A DNA stretch of 64,000 bases from the NCBI RefSeq assembly GCF_009914755.1, contig NC_060948.1. One strand, 5' to 3'. Shown piece by piece: positions 16,831-36,178 of this stretch; the stretch's first letter is position 1; every line of letters begins with the position of its first letter. Below the pieces are notes generated by a model. It was given only the letters and a program-made list of their open reading frames with translations. It did not search any database and was not told where the DNA came from. The position numbers and the translations under genes are program-made. This DNA is from the human T2T-CHM13v2.0 reference genome, Homo sapiens.

Positions 16831-18947
16831 AGATCCATATTTTGTAAATGAAAAAAAATTTCAAAGGTACTCTGCTTGGTACAATAATCAAATGTATAAA
16901 CTGAGGAATAAAACATAACCATGAAACCTACTTATAACTGCATATGGAAAATACAGAGGATAATTTTTTAAATAACATATTTTGAAAGCCTTAACTAGTA
17001 ATTTGAAGAGTTGGCATTTGAAAGGCCAGTATGAATATACCTTCAAAGCAGCAACACAGGTTCCCCATGAGAAAAAGCAAACACAGGGAAAATAAAAACA
17101 CAAAGGTTCAATCTCTTCTGACCTTTGAAAGACACAGCACAGACAGTGGTCCTTAGGACGAAGAGCAGGAGACCCCTAATTCCGTCACCATGGCGATAGG
17201 GCATAAACATTGCTGGGTGAGGGCACAATCCACATTGTGAGGTCCAACTGCTGCCAGGAAGACAGGAGTGCTTTTACATAGACCGAAAGGTCATTGAAGG
17301 CTCAGAGTTTTGTTTCAAGAACTGAATCCCAAGCCCACACGTTATTAGGCTGCGCTTCTTAAAACAAGTTATGAGATGGGAAAAAGGGCACCCACAAACA
17401 TACGTATACATTATGTATAAAATAATATACAGTGTCATATATATAATATATATAACCTAGGTATAATATTGTTTTACATCCTGCATCTTATGTTATTTAT
17501 ATTGTATAAAATATAATAATAGATAATATATAAGTTTTATAATTATACAATATGACATATAGTATATATTATAATTTATGACATATAAAATATATGTTAT
17601 ATATCATATATAGAATATATTATACGGTTAATATACGTATTAAATATAAATTATACATTATATATATTATATATAATATATCTGTTATATATAATACCCA
17701 TTATGCATAATATATATATTATGTCTATGTTATATATAGTATAAAACAACATATAATAATATATAATTGTATATATAAAATGCGACATATAATATATATT
17801 ATATTTTATAACATATGTAATATATATTATATATAATACGTTGTATGTATAATACCTATATTAAATATATATTATATGACTATGTTATTAATTACATGTC
17901 ACATGTGTTATATATTATATATTTTACATAGAATATACCGGTTACATACAATATATACTATGTTACCTATAATGTATAATTTATTACATGTAAAATAAAG
18001 AATGCAATATATTATGTATAATTTATAATATACAATATGTGGAATGTGATACATATAACATATAATATATGATATATGATATACAGTACATGATATATAA
18101 CATACAATATATGATTCCTAATATATATGGTATACAATATATATTTTATGATATGTATCCTATATGTTTTATATTCTGTTATATATAACTATTTGAAATT
18201 ATATATAACTGTATAATATTTTATGTAAATATGTAATATAATATATATAACTATATAATATATTATATATAACTATATATTATGTTATATATACTTTTAT
18301 AACATAATTTACATAAAATATCATAATATAATATATATTATATTATTTCATATTACATAATATATATTACATATCACCCAATATAACTAACATACATAAT
18401 ATTATAATATAGATTATATTGTGTTATATTAAATATCATATATATCATGTATCATATATTCTATAATATATATTACACATTATATAATATGTATGTTGTC
18501 TATTATGTGATATATATAACTATATATATAATTATATTTTTTACATATAACTAGATAAACATGTAATTCTACATATTTTCATTTATAATATGTAGAATTA
18601 TATAATCATATATAATTATTTATATTGTATAAAAAATTTTATCATTATATAAATTATAATATATAAAAATTATATGTACTACAAATATATATATTATATA
18701 TCATATATGATATAGTACCTTTGTTATATATCATAATACATATAAATGTGTATTATGTTATCTATAATTATATAATTTCATATATAAGATGTATAATATG
18801 TATCATATATTATATATGTTATGTAATATATATAGTATATATAAGATGACACAGGATAAATATTATATACTATGACATATAAAATATATGAGGTTATATG
18901 TTACATATAAGGCATAGCACATATCATGTAATATATATCATATATAA

Positions 18948-19239
18948 TTTTTTTTTAGACAGAATCTTGTCCTGTTGCACAGGGTGGGGTACAATGGCGC
19001 CATCTTTGCTCACTGCAACTTCTGCCTCACGGGTCCAAGCGATTGTCCTCCCTCAGCCTCCCAGGTAGCTGGGACTACACCACACTGGGACTACACCAGC
19101 TGCCACCATGCCTAGCTAATTTTTTGGATTTTTAGTAGTGACAGCGTTTCACTGTATTGGCCAGGATGGTCTTGATCTCTTCACCTTGTGATCCCCTTGC
19201 CTTGGCCTCCAAATTTGCTGGGATTACAGGCCTGAGCCA
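18948..19239 (-). mobile_element. Alu, unit 8 (A-type)
   Basis: Near-identical to 2039-2330. Confidence 0.95.
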
Positions 19240-21345
19240 AGATCCATATTTTTTAAATGAAAAAAAATTTCAAAGGTACTCTGCTTGGTACAATAATCAA
19301 ATGTATAAACTGAGGAATAAAACATAACCATGAAACCTACTTATAACTGCATATGGAAAATACAGAGGATAATTTTTTAAATAACATATTTTGAAAGCCT
19401 TAACTAGTAATTTGAAGAGTTGGCATTTGAAAGGCCAGTATGAATATACCTTCAAAGCAGCAACACAGGTTCCCCATGAGAAAAAGCAAACTCAGGGAAA
19501 ATAAAAACACAAAGGTTCAATCTCTTCTGACCTTTGAAAGACACAGCACAGACAGTGGTCCTTAGGACGAAGGGCAGGAGACCCCTAATTCCGTCACCAT
19601 GGCGATAGGGCATAAACATTGCTGGGTGAGGGCACAATCCACATTGAGAGGTCCAACTGCTGCCAGGAAGACAGGAGTGCTTTTACATAGACCGAAAGGT
19701 CATTGAAGGCTCAGAGTTTTGTTTCAAGAACTGAATCCCAAGCCCACACGTTATTAGGCTGCGCTTCTTAAAACAAGTTATGATATGGGAAAAAGGGCAC
19801 CCACAAACATACGTATACATTATGTATATAATAATATACAGTATCATATATATAATATATATAACCTATGTATAATATTGTTTTACATCCTGCATCTTAT
19901 ATTATATATATTGTATAAAATATAATAATTCATAATACATAACGTTTATATTTATACAATATGACATATAGTATATATTATAATTTATGACATATATAAT
20001 ATATGTTATATATCATATATAGAATATATTATACGGTTAATATACGTATTAAATATAAATTATACATTATATATATTATATAAAATATATCTGTTATATA
20101 TAATACCCTTTATGCATAATATATATATTATGTTATGTTATATATAGTATGAAACAACATATAATAATATATAATTGTATATATAAAATGCGACATATAA
20201 TATATATTATATTTTATGACATATGTAATATATATTATATATTATATATAATACGTTGTATGTATAATACCTATATTAAATATATATTATATGACTATGT
20301 TATTAATTACATGTCACATATGTTATATATTATATATTTTACATAGAATATACCGGTTACATACAATAGATACTATGTTACCTATAATGTATAATTGATT
20401 ACATGTAAAATAAAGAATGCAATATATTATGTATAATTTATAATATACAATATGTGGAATGTGATATATATAACATATAATATATGATATATGATATACA
20501 TTATATGATATATAACACACAATATATGATACCTAATATATATGGTATACAATATATATTTTATGATATGTATTCTATATGTTTTATATTCTGTTATATA
20601 TAACTATTTGAAATTATATATAACTGTGTAATATTTTATGTAAATATGTAATATAATATATATAACTATATAATATATTATATATAACTATATATTATGT
20701 TATATATACTTTTATAACATAATTTACATTAAATATCATAATATAATATATATTATATTATTTCACATTACATAATATATATTACATATCACCCAATATA
20801 AGTAACATACATAATATTATAATATAGATTATATTATGTTATATTAAATATCATATATATCATGTATGATATATTCTATAATATATATTACACATTATAT
20901 AATATGTATGTTGTCTATTATGTGATATATATAACTATATATATAATTATATTATTATACATATCACTAGATAAACATGAAATTCTACATATTTTCATTT
21001 ATAATATATAGAATTATATAATCATATATAATTATTTATATTCTATAAAAAATTATATCATTATATAAATTATAATATATAAAAATTATAATATGTACTA
21101 CAAATATATATATTATATATCATATATGATTTAGTACCTTTGTTATATATCATAATACATATAAATGTGTATTATGTTATCTACAATTATATAATTTCAT
21201 ATATATAAGATATATAATATGTATTATATATTGTATATGTTATGTAATATATATAGTATATATAAGCTGACACAGGATAAATATTATATACTATGACATA
21301 TAAAATATATGAGGTTATATGTTACATATAAGGCATAGCACATAA

Positions 21346-21660
<315 letters not shown>

Positions 21661-23765
21661 AGATCCATATTTTTTAAATGAAAAAAAATTTCAAAGGTAC
21701 TCTGCTTGGTACAATAATCAAATGTATAAACTGAGGAATAAAACATAACCATGAAACCTACTTATAACTGCATATGGAAAATACAGAGGATAATTTTTTA
21801 AATAACATAGTTTGAAAGCCTTAACTAGTAATTTGAAGAGTTGGCATTTGAAAGGCCAGTATGAATATACCTTCAAAGCAGCAACACAGGTTCCCCATGA
21901 GAAAAAGCAAACTCAGGGAAAATAAAACCACAAAGGTTCAATCTCTTCTGACCTTTGAAAGACACAGCACAGACAGTGGTCCTTAGGACGAAGAGCAGGA
22001 GACCCCTAATTCCGTCACCATGGCGATAGGGCATAAACATTGCTGGGTGAGGGCACAATCCACATTGTGAGGTCCAACTGCTGCCAGGAAGACAGGAGTG
22101 CTTTTACATAGACCGAAAGGTCATTGAAGGCTCAGAGTTTTGTTTCAAGAACTGAATCCCAAGCCCACACGTTATTAGGCTGCGCTTCTTAAAACAAGTT
22201 ATGAGATGGGAAAAAGGGCACCCACAAACATACGTATACATTATGTATATAATAATATACAGTATCATATATATAATATATATAACCTATGTATAATATT
22301 GTTTTACATCCTGCATCTTATATTATATATATTGTCTAAAATATAATAATTGATAATATATAAGTTTTATATTTATACAATATGACATATAGTATATATT
22401 ATAATTTATGACATATATAATATATGTTATATATCATATATAGAATATATTATACGGTTAATATACGTATTAAATATAAATTATACATTATATATATTAT
22501 ATATAATATATCTGTTATATATAATACCCATTATGCATAATATGTATATTATGTCTATGTTATATATAGTATAAAACAACATATAATAATATATAATTGT
22601 ATATATAAAATGCGACATATAATATATATTATATTTTATGACATATGTAATATATATTATATATTATATATAATACGTTGTATGTATAATACCTATATTA
22701 AATATATATTATATGACTATGTTATTAATTACATGTCACATATGTTATATATTATATATTTTACATAGAATATACCGGTTACATACAATATATACAATGT
22801 TACCTATAATGTATAATTGATTACATGTAAAATAAAGAATGCAATATATTATGTATAATTTATAATATACAATATGTGGAATGTGATATATATAACATAT
22901 AATATATGATATATGATATACAGTATATGATATATAACAAACAATATATGATACCTAATATATATGGTATACAATATATACTTTATGATATGTATACTAT
23001 ATGTTTTATATTCTGTTATATATAACTATTTGAAATTATATATAACTGTGTTATATTTTATGTAAATATGTAATATAATATATATAACTATATAATATAT
23101 TATATATAACTATATATTATGTTATATATACTTTTATAACATAATTTACATTAAATATCATAATATAATATATATTATTTTATTTCACATTACATAATAT
23201 ATATTACATATCACCCAATATAAGTAACATACATAATATTATAATATAGATTATATTATGTTATATTAAATATCATATATATCATATATCATATATTCTA
23301 TAATATATATTACACATTATATAATATGTATGTTGTCTATTATGTGATATATATAACTATATATATAATTATATTATTATACATATAACTAGATAAACAT
23401 GTAATTCTACATATTTTCATTTATAATATATAGAATTATATAATCATATATAATTATTTATATTCTATAAAAAATTATATCATTATATAAATTATAATAT
23501 ATAAAAATTATAATATGTACTACAAATATATATATTATATATCATATATGATATAGTACCTTTGTTATATATCATAATACATATAAATGTGTATTATGTT
23601 ATCTACAATTATATAATTTCATATATAAGATATATAATATGTATTATATATTGTATATGTTATGTAATATATATAGTATATATAAGCTGACACAGGATAA
23701 ATATTATATACTATGACATATAAAATATATGAGGTTATATGTTACATATAAGGCATAGCACATAA

Positions 23766-24080
<315 letters not shown>

Positions 24081-26185
24081 AGATCCATATTTTGTAAATG
24101 AAAAACAATTTCAAAGGTACTCTGCTTGGTACAATAATCAAATGTATAAACTGAGGAATGAAACATAACCATGAAACCTACTTATAACTGCATATGGAAA
24201 ATACAGAGGCTAATTTTTTAAATAACATATTTTGAAAGCCTTAACTAGTAATTTGAAGAGTTGGCATTTGAAAGGCCAGTATGAATATACCTTCAAAGCA
24301 GCAACACAGGTTCCCCATGAGAAAAAGCAAACTCAGGGAAAATAAAACCACAAAGGTTCAATCTCTTCTGACCTTTGAAAGACACATCACAGACAGTGGT
24401 CCTTAGGACGAAGAGCAGGAGACCCCTAATTCCGTCACCATGGCGATAGGGCATAAACATTGCTGGGTGAGGGCACAATCCACATTGTGAGGTCCAACTG
24501 CTGCCAGGAAGACAAGAGTGCTTTTACATAGACCGAAAGGTCATTGAAGGCTCAGAGTTTTGTTTCAAGAACTGAATCCCAAGCCCACACGTTATTAGGC
24601 TGCGCTTCTTAAAACAAGTTATGAGATGGGAAAAAGGGCACCCAGAAACATACGTATACATTATGTATATAATAATATACAGTATCATATATATAATATA
24701 TATAACCTATGTATAATATTGTTTTACATCCTGCATCTTATATTATATATATTGTCTAAAATATAATAATTGATAATATATAAGTTTTATATTTATACAA
24801 TATGACATATAGTATATATTATAATTTATGACATATATAATATATGTTATATATCATATATAGAATATATTATACGGTTAATATACATATTAAATATAAA
24901 TTATACATTATATATATTATATATAATATATCTGTTATATATAATACCCATTATGCATAATATGTATATTATGTCTATGTTATATATAGTATAAAACAAC
25001 ATATAATAATATATAATTGTATATATAAAATGCGACATATAATATATATTATATTTTATGACATATGTAATATATATTATATATTATATATAATACGTTG
25101 TATGTATAATACCTATATTAAATATATATTATATGACTATGTTATTAATTACATGTCACATATGTTATATATTATATATTTTACATAGAATATACCGGTT
25201 ACATACAATATATACAATGTTACCTATAATGTATAATTGATTACATGTAAAATAAAGAATGCAATATATTATGTATAATTTATAATATACAATATGTGGA
25301 ATGTGATATATATAACATATAATATATGATATATGATATACAGTATATGATATATAACACACAATATATGATACCTAATATATATGGTATACAATATATA
25401 CTTTATGATATGTATACTATATGTTTTATATTCTGTTATATATAACTATTTGAAATTATATATAACTGTGTAATATTTTATGTAAATATGTAATATAATA
25501 TATATAACTATATAATATATTATATATAACTATATATTATGTTATATATACTTTTATAACATAATTTACATTAAATATCATAATATAATATATATTATAT
25601 TATTTCACATTACATAATATATATTACATATCACCCAATATAAGTAACATACATAATATTATAATATAGATTATATTATGTTATATTAAATATCATATAT
25701 ATCATGTATCATATATTCTATAATATATATTACACATTATATAATATGTATGTTGTCTATTATGTGATATATATAACTATATATATAATTATATTATTAT
25801 ACATATAACTAGATAAACATGTAATTCTACATATTTTCATTTATAATATATAGAATTATATAATCATATATAATTATTTATATTCTATAAAAAATTATAT
25901 CATTATATAAATTATAATATATAAAAATTATAATATGTACTACAAATATATATATTATATATCATATATGATATAGTACCTTTGTTATATATCATAATAC
26001 ATATGAATGTGTATTATGTTATCTACAATTATATAATTTCATATATAAGATATATAATATGTATTATATATTGTATATGTTATGTAATATATATAGTATA
26101 TATAAGCTGACACAGGATAAATATTATATACTATGACATATAAAATATATGAGGTTATATGTTACATATAAGGCATAGCACATAA

Positions 26186-26500
<315 letters not shown>

Positions 26501-28626
26501 AGATCCATATTTTGTAAATGAAAAAAAATTTCAAAGGTACTCTGCTTGGTACAATAATCAAATGTATAAACTGAGGAATGAAACATAACCATGAAACCTA
26601 CTTATAACTGCATATGGAAAATACAGAGGATAATTTTTTAAATAACATATTTTGAAAGCCTTAACTAGTAATTTGAAGAGTTGGCATTTGAAAGGCCAGT
26701 ATGAATATACCTTCAAAGCAGCAACACAGGTTCCCCATGAGAAAAAGCAAACTCAGGGAAAATAAAACCACAAAGGTTCAATCTCTTCTGACCTTTGAAA
26801 GACACAGCACAGACAGTGGTCCTTAGGACGAAGAGCAGGAGACCCCTAATTCCGTCACCATGGCGATAGGGCATAAACATTGCTGGGTGAGGGCACAATC
26901 CACATTGTGAGGTCCAACTGCTGCCAGGAAGACAAGAATGCTTTTACATAGACCGAAAGGTCATTGAAGGCTCAGAGTTTTGTTTCAAGAACTGAATCCC
27001 AAGCCCACACGTTATTAGGCTGCGCTTCTTAAAACAAGTTATGAGATGGGAAAAAGGGCACCCACAAACATACGTATACATTATGTATATAATAATATAC
27101 AGTATCATATATATAATATATATAACCTATGTATAATATTGTTTTACATCCTGCATCTTATATTATATATATTGTCTAAAATATAATAATTGATAATATA
27201 TAAGTTTTATATTTATACAATATGACATATAGTATATATTATAATTTATGACATATATAATATATGTTATATATCATATATAGAATATATTATACGGTTA
27301 ATATACGTATTAAATATAAATTATACATTATATATATTATATATAATATATCTGTTATATATAATACCTATTATGCATAATATGTATATTATGTCTATGT
27401 TATATATAGTATAAAACAACATATAATAATATATAATTGTATATATAAAATGCGACATATAATATATATTATATTTTATGACATATGTAATATATATTAT
27501 ATATTATATATAATACGTTGTATGTATAATACCTATATTAAATATATATTATATGACTATGTTATTAATTACATGTCACATGTGTTATATATTATATATT
27601 TTACATAGAATATACCGGTTACATACAATATATACTATGTTACCTATAATGTATAATTGATTACATGTAAAATAAAGAATGCAATATATTATGTATAATT
27701 TATAATATACAATATGTGGAATGTGATATATATAACATATAATATATGATATATGATATACAGTATATGATATATAACATACAATATATGATACCTAGTA
27801 TATATGGTATACAATATATATTTTATGATATGTATTCTATATGTTTTATATTCTGTTATATATAACTATTTGAAATTATATATAACTGTATAATATTTTA
27901 TGTAAATATGTAATATAATATATATAACTATATAATATATTATATATAACTATATATTATGTTATATATACTTTTATATCATAATTTACAGAAAATGTCA
28001 TAATATAATATATATTATATTATTTCATATTACATAATATATATTACATATCACCCAATATAAGTAACATACATAATATTATAATATAGATTATATTATG
28101 TTATGTCAAATATCATATATATCATGTATCATATATTCTATAATATATATTATACATTATATAATATGTATGTTGACTATTATGTGATATATATAACTAT
28201 ATATTATTATATTATTATACATATAACTAGATAAACATGTAATTCTACATATTTTCATTTATAATATATAGAATTATATAATCATATATAATTATTTATA
28301 TTCTATAAAAAATTATATCATTATATAAATTATAATATAAAAAAATTATAATATGTACTACAAATATATATATTATATATCATATATGATATAGTACCTT
28401 TGTTATATATCATAATACATATAAATGTGTATTATGTTATCTATAATTATATAATTTCATATATAAGATGTATAATATGTATTATATATTGTATATGTTA
28501 TGTAATATATATAGTATATATAAGCTGACACAGGATAAATATTATATACTATGACATATAAAATATATGAGGTTATATGTTACATATAAGGCATAGCACA
28601 TAACATGTAATATATATCATATATAA

Positions 28627-28918
<292 letters not shown>

Positions 28919-31023
28919 AGATCCATATTTTTTAAATGAAAAAAAATTTCAAAGGTACTCTGCTTGGTACAATAATCAAATGTATAAACTGAGGAATAAA
29001 ACATAACCATGAAACCTACTTATAACTGCATATGGAAAATACAGAGGATAATTTTTTAAATAACATATTTTGAAAGCCTTAACTAGTAATTTGAAGAGTT
29101 GGCATTTGAAAGGCCAGTATGAATATACCTTCAAAGCAGCAACACAGGTTCCCCATGAGAAAAAGCAAACACAGGGAAAATAAAAACACAAAGGTTCAAT
29201 CTCTTCTGACCTTTGAAAGACACAGCACAGACAGTGGTCCTTAGGACGAAGAGCAGGAGACCCCTAATTCCGTCACCATGGCGATAGGGCATAAACATTG
29301 CTGGGTGAGGGCACAATCCACATTGTGAGGTCCAACTGCTGCCAGGAAGACAGGAGTGCTTTTACATAGACCGAAAGGTCATTGAAGGCTCAGAGTTTTG
29401 TTTCAAGAACTGAATCCCAAGCCCACACGTTATTAGGCTGCGCTTCTTAAAACAAGATATGAGATGGGAAAAAGGGCACCCACAAACATACGTATACATT
29501 ATGTATATAATAATATACAGTGTCATATATTTAGTATATATAACCTATGTATAATATTGTTTTACATCCTGCATCTTATGTTATATATATTGTATAAAAT
29601 ATAATAATTGATAATATATAAGTTTTATAATTATACAATATGACATATAGTATATATTATAATTTATGACATATATAATATATGTTATATGTCATATATA
29701 GAATATATTATACGGTTAATATACGTATTAAATATAAATTATACATTATATATATTATATATAATATATCTGTTATATATAATACCCATTATGCATAATA
29801 TATATATTATGTCTATGTTATATATAGTATAAAACAACATATAATAATATATAATTGTATATATAAAATGCGACATATAATATATATTATATTTTATAAC
29901 ATATGTAATTTATATTATATATTATATATAATACGTTGTATGTATAATACCTATATTAAATATATATTATATGACTATGTTATTAATTACATGTCACATG
30001 TGTTATATATTATATATTTTACATAGAATATACCGGTTACATACAATATATACTATGTTACCTATAATGTATAATTTATTACATGTAAAATAAAGAATGC
30101 AATATATTATGTATAATTTATAATATACCATATGTGGAATGTGATATATATAACATATAATATATGATATATGATATACAGTATATGATATATAACATAC
30201 AATATATGATTCCTAATATATATTGTATACAATATATATTTTATGATATGTATTCTATATGTTTTATATTCTGTTATATATAACTATTTGAAATTATATA
30301 TAACTGTATAATATTTTATGTAAATATGTAATATAATATATATAACTATATAATATATTACATATAACTATATATTATGTTATATATACTTTTATAACAT
30401 AATTTACATAAAATATCATAATGTAATATATATTATATTATTTCATATTACATAATATATATTACATATCACCCAATATAACTAACATACATAATATTAT
30501 AATATAGATTATATTGTGTTATATTAAATATCATATATATCATGTATCATATATTCTATAATATATATTACACATTATATAATATGTATGTTGTCTATTA
30601 TGTGATATATATAACTATATATATAATTATATTTTTATACATATAACTAGATAAACATGTAATTCTACATATTTTCATTTATAATATGTAGAATTATATA
30701 ATCATATATAATTATTTATATTCTATAAAAAATTTTATCATTATATAAATTATAATATATAAAAATTATAATATGTACTACAAATATATATATTATATAT
30801 CATATATGATATAGTACCTTTGTTATATATCATAATACATATAAATGTGTATTATGTTATCTATAATTATATAATTTCATATATAAGATGTATAATATGT
30901 ATCATATATTATATATGTTATGTAATATATATAGTATATATAAGATGACACAGGATAAATATTATATACTATGACATATAAAATATATCAGGTTATATGT
31001 TACATATAAGGCATAGCACATAA

Positions 31024-31338
<315 letters not shown>

Positions 31339-33466
31339 AGATCCATATTTTTTAAATGAAAAAAAATTTCAAAGGTACTCTGCTTGGTACAATAATCAAA
31401 TGTATAAACTGAGGAATAAAACATAACCATGAAACCTACTTATAACTGCATATGGAAAATACAGAGGATAATTTTTTAAATAACATATTTTGAAAGCCTT
31501 AACTAGTAATTTGAAGAGCTGGCATTTGAAAGGCCAGTATGAATATACCTTCAAATCAGCAACACAGGTTCCCCATGAGAAAAAGCAAACACAGGGAAAA
31601 TAAAAACACAAAGGTTCAATCTCTTCTGACCTTTGAAAGACACAGCACAGACAGTGGTCCTTAGGACGAAGAGCAGGAGACCCCTAATTCCGTCACCATG
31701 GCGATAGGGCATAAACATTGCTGGGTGAGGGCACAATCCACATCGTGAGGTCCAACTGCTGCCAGGAAGACAGGAGTGCTTTTACATAGACCGAAAGGTC
31801 ATTGAAGGCTCAGAGTTTTGTTTCAAGAACTGAATCCCAAGCCCACACGTTATTAGGCTGCGCTTCTTAAAACAAGTTATGTGATGGGAAAAAGGGCACC
31901 CACAAACATACGTATACATTATGTATATAATAATATACAGTATCATATATATAATATATATAACCTATGTATAATATTGTTTTACATCCTGCATCTTATG
32001 TTATATATATTGTATAAAATATAATAATTGATAATATATAAGTTTTATAATTATACAATATGACATATAGTATATATTATAATTTATGACATATATAATA
32101 TATGTTATATATCAAAGGTAGAATATATTATACGGTTAATATACGTATTAAATATAAATTATACATTATATATATTATATATAATATATCTGTTATATAT
32201 AATACCCATTATGCATAATATATATATTATGTCTATGTTATATATAGTATAAAACAACATATAATAATATATAATTGTATATATAAAATGCGACATATAA
32301 TATATATTATATTTTATAACATATGTAATATATATTATATATTATATATAATACGCTGTATGTATAATACCTATAATAAATATATATTATATGACTATGT
32401 TATTAATTACATGTCACATGTGTTATATATTATATATTTTACATAGAATATACCGGTTACATACAATATATACTATGTTACCTATAATGTGTAATTTATT
32501 ACATGTAAAATAAAGAATGCAATATATTATGTATAATTTATAATATACAATATGTGGAATGTGATATATATAACATATAATATATGATATATGATATACA
32601 GTATATGATATATAACATATAATATATGATTCCTAATATATATGGTATACAATATATATTTTATGATATGTATTCTATATGTTTTATATTCTGTTATATA
32701 TAACTATTTGAAATTATATATAACTGTATAATATTTTATGTAAATATGTAATATAATATATATAACTATATAATATATTATAGATAACTATATATTATGT
32801 TATATATACTTTTATAACATAATTTACATAAAATATCATAATATAATATATATTATATTATTTCATATTACATAATATATATTACATATCACCCAATATA
32901 ACTAACATACATAATATTATAATATAGATTATATTGTGTTATATTAAATATCATATATATCATGTATCATATATTCTATAATATATATTACACATTATAT
33001 AATATGTATGTTGTCTATTATGTGATATATATAACTATATATATAATTATATTTTTATACATATAACTAGATAAACATGTAATTCTACATATTTTCATTT
33101 ATAATATGTAGAATTATATAATCATATATAATTATTTATATTCTATAAAAAATTTTATCATTATATAAATTATAATATATAAAAATTATAATATGTACTA
33201 CAAATATATATATTATATATCATATATGATGTAGTACCTTTGTTATATATCATAATACATATAAATGTGTATTATGTTATCTATAATTATATAATTTCAT
33301 ATATAAGATGAATAATATGTATCATATATTATATATGTTATGTAATATATATAGTATATATAAGATGACACAGGATAAATATTATATACTATGACATATA
33401 AAATATATCAGGTTATATGTTACATATAAGGCATAGCACATAACATGTAATATGTATCATATATAA

Positions 33467-33758
33467 TTTTTTTTTAGACAGAATCTTGTCCTGTTGCACA
33501 GGGTGGGGTACAATGGCGCCATCTTTGCTCACTGCAACTTCTGCCTCATGGGTCCAAGCGATTGTCCTCCCTCAGCCTCCCAGGTAGCTGGGACTACACC
33601 ACACTGGGACTACACCAGCTGCCACCATGCCTAGCTAATTTTTTGGATTTTTAGTAGTGACAGCGTTTCACTGTATTGGCCAGGATGGTCTTGATCTCTT
33701 CACCTTGTGATCCCCTTGCCTTGGCCTCCAAATTTGCTGGGATTACAGGCCTGAGCCA
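33467..33758 (-). mobile_element. Alu, unit 14 (A-type)
   Basis: CAGAATCTTG / GTGGGGTACA. Confidence 0.95.
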
Positions 33759-35863
33759 AGATCCATATTTTTTAAATGAAAAAAAATTTCAAAGGTACTC
33801 TGCTTGGTACAATAATCAAATGTATAAACTGAGGAATAAAACATAACCATGAAACCTACTTATAACTGCATATGGAAAATACAGAGGATAATTTTTTAAA
33901 TAACATATTTTGAAAGCCTTAACTAGTAATTTGAAGAGTTGGCATTTGAAAGGCCAGTATGAATATACCTTCAAAGCAGCAACACAGGTTCCCCATGAGA
34001 AAAAGCAAACACAGGGAAAATAAAAACACAAAGGTTCAATCTCTTCTGACCTTTGAAAGACACAGCACAGACAGTGGTCCTTAGGACGAAGAGCAGGAGA
34101 CCCCTAATTCCGTCACCATGGCGATAGGGCATAAACATTGCTGGGTGAGGGCACAATCCACATTGTGAGGTCCAACTGCTGCCAGGAAGACAGGAGTGCT
34201 TTTACATAGACCGAAAGGTCATTGAAGGCTCAGAGTTTTGTTTCAAGAACTGAATCCCAAGCCCACAGGTTATTAGGCTGCGCTTCTTAAAACGAGTTAT
34301 GAGATGGGAAAAAGGGCACCCACAAACATACGTATACATTATGTATATAATAATATACAGTATCATATATATAATATATATAACCTATGTATAATATTGT
34401 TTTACATCCTGCATCTTATGTTATATATATTGTATAAAATATAATAATTGATAATATATAAGTTTTATAATTATACAATATGACATATAGTATATATTAT
34501 AATTTATGACATATATAATATATGTTATATATCATATGTAGAATATATTATACGGTTAATATACGTATTAAATATAAATTATACATTATATATATTATAT
34601 ATAATATATCTGTTATATATAATACCCATTATGCATAATATATATATTATGTCTATGTTATATATAGTATAAAACAACATATAATAATATATAATTGTAT
34701 ATATAAAATGCGACATATAATATATATTATATTTTATAACATATGTAATATATATTATATATTATATATAATACGTTGTATGTATAATACCTATATTAAA
34801 TATATATTATATGACTATGTTATTAATTACATGTCACATGTGTTATATATTATATATTTTACATAGAATATACCGGTTACATACAATATATACTATGTTA
34901 CCTATAATGTGTAATTTATTACATGTAAAATAAAGAATGCAATATATTATGTATAATTTATAATATACAATATGTGGAATGTGATATATATAACATATAA
35001 TATATGATATATGATATACAGTATATGATATATAACATACAATATATGATTCCTAATATATATGGTATACAATATATATTTTATGATATGTATTCTATAT
35101 GTTTTATATTCTGTTATATATAACTATTTGAAATTATATATAACTGTATAATCTTTTATGTAAATATATAATATAATATATATAACTATATAATATATTA
35201 TATATAACTATATATTATGTTATATATACTTTTATAACATAATTTACATAAAATATCATAATATAATATATATTATATTATTTCATATTACATAATATAT
35301 ATTACATATCACCCAATATAACTAACATACATAATATTATAATATAGATTATATTATGTTATATTAAATATCATATATATCATGTATCATATATTCTATA
35401 ATATATATTACACTTTATATAATATGTATGTTGTCTATTATGTGATATATATAACTATATATATAATTATATTTTTATACATATAACTAGATAACCATGT
35501 AATTCTACATATTTTCATTTATAATATGTAGAATTATATAATCATATATAATTATTTATATTCTATAAAAAATTTTATCATTATATAAATTATAATATAT
35601 AAAAATTATAATATGTACTACAAATATATATATTATATATCATATATGATATAGTACCTTTGTTATATATCATAATACATAAAAATGTGTATTATGTTAT
35701 CTATAATTATATAATTTCATATATAAGATGTATAATATGTATCATATATTATATATGTTATGTAATATATATAGTATATATAAGATGACACAGGATAAAT
35801 ATTATATACTATGACATATAAAATATATCAGGTTATATGTTACATATAAGGCATAGCACATAA

Positions 35864-36178
<315 letters not shown>

